DNA of 64,000 nt, from contig NC_086097.1 in NCBI RefSeq assembly GCF_963921235.1, positions 62,622,001-62,686,000 of the forward strand, in the 5' to 3' direction. The number at the start of each line of letters is the position of its first letter. Position 1 is the stretch's first letter. A model generated the notes under the pieces. It searched no databases. It was not told where the DNA came from and worked only from the letters and a program-made list of their open reading frames with translations. Below are positions 62,784 to 64,000 of the stretch, one piece after another. This DNA comes from Mobula hypostoma. Lineage: Eukaryota. The translations under genes were made by a program, and so were the position numbers.

Positions 62784-64000
62784 ATGGAGGTTGAGGAATT
62801 TATAAAGGCGCCGACCTTGGAGGCATTAGAGGATGCCAGGAAATCGGAATTGATAGCTGTGGCAAAACGGGTGAATCTTGCTAAGGTGAAGTCGACAATG
62901 AGGAGAGAGGAGATACACAGAGCTATTGTAGAGCACTATGTATCTAAAGGTGTGTTTCCCCAAGGTGAGCTGGGGGAGGTGTCTATTGAAAAACCTGCTG
63001 GAGACGCGGTACAGGTACAGCTTGAAAAACTGAGACTCGAGCACGAGTTCCGGGTACGGCAGTTAGAAAGGCAGGAGAAAGAGAGAGAGTTAGAAAGGCA
63101 GGAGAAAGAGAGAGAGTTAGAAAGGCAGGAGAAAGAGAGAGAGTTAGAAAGGCGGGAGAGAGAGAAAGAGGTAGAAAGGCAAGAGAGAGAAAGACAGTTG
63201 GAGAGAGAAGAGAGAGAGAGGGACAGACAGTTGGAGAGAGAAGAGAGAGAGAGGGACAGACAGTTGGAGAGAGAGGAGAAACAGAGGGAAAGGGAATTTG
63301 AGCTGGAGAAGTTAAAGATAAGGGCCGAGCAGGGGCTCGTGCCGAACCAAGGTGGAGGGTTCCGGGCGACCCAGGAGGTTAGGCTGGTTCCCCCTTTTGA
63401 CGATACCGATGTGGATCGGTACTTTCTCCACTTCGAAAAAGTAGCTATAAGTCAGGACTGGCCGAGGGATAAGTGGGTTGTTTTACTTCAGAGTGTACTG
63501 AAAGGGAAAGCCCAACAAGCTTACTCCGCTTTATCCCCGGAAGATGCCCAGAAGTATGAGGTGGTGAAGGAGGCCATCCTCAGGACTTATGAGTTGGTCC
63601 CGGAGGCATACCGGCAGAGGTTCCGGAATGCGAGGAAGCGGTGGGACCGCACGTATTTGGAGTTTGCTCGTGAGATGCAAACATATTGTGAGCGTTGGTG
63701 CGCCTCGTAAGGGGTAGAGGGGGATTACGACAGACTGCTGCAACTGGTTCTGATTGAGCAGTTTAAAGGTTGTGTCCCTGAGGGTATGAGACCCTACCTC
63801 GATGAGAAAGAGGCAGCCACGTTAGCCGCAACTGCTAAGTTAGCGGATGAGTATGCGTTGACGCATAAAATGAAGGTTGCCCCGAGTAAAGGCTACCAGA
63901 AGGGTAGTCAGGACGGCGGGGAGAGTCCGCCGGAAAAGTCAGAAAGTAAGCCGGGGACTAGTGAAAAGGATAAGGTAGACCGGGAGCAATCTGGTAGGAA
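62784..64000 (+). pseudogene. gag: Gmr1-like gag (coiled coil + capsid with SCAN-like domain), in-frame TAA at 63708-63710, continues past the window end
   Basis: VPPFDDTDVDRYFLHFEKVA..WP..LLQSVLKGKAQ..YELVPEAYRQRFR; after the stop, in the same frame, LLQLVLIEQFKGCVP..YLDEK..AKLADEY. Confidence 0.85.

Overview
Eukaryotic, repeat-dominated vertebrate DNA with no recognisable host protein-coding exon. The repeat mix (CR1, Rex1/Babar, Penelope, HERO, V-SINE-like) suggests a cartilaginous fish such as a ray; this is inferred, not proven. Main contents: (1) a full-length, apparently intact CR1 LINE on the minus strand (2400-7097) with an SGNH-esterase ORF1, an APE+RT ORF2 and about 2.9 tandem 173-bp 5' monomers, plus three near-identical truncated siblings and many older CR1 fragments; (2) a decayed near-full-length HERO-type non-LTR element with a restriction-like endonuclease (about 43575-47120); (3) Penelope-like (GIY-YIG) fragments and several short hairpin insertions built from Penelope termini, with 13-16 bp target-site duplications (TSDs) and minimal hammerhead motifs; (4) four solo LTRs with 5-bp TSDs and the 5' end of a Gmr1-like Gypsy element (LTR, Pro-like primer-binding site, SCAN-type gag) running off the window; (5) mariner, Tc1 and Tigger-derived DNA transposon remnants. 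The most interesting signals are RNA-level: a hammerhead-like core in non-circular strand order in the HERO 3' UTR, a U-UUA-AAC -1 frameshift signal joining CR1 ORF1 to an AUG-less ORF2, and the hammerhead-bearing Penelope palindromes. Family names rest on motif recall; no search was run.
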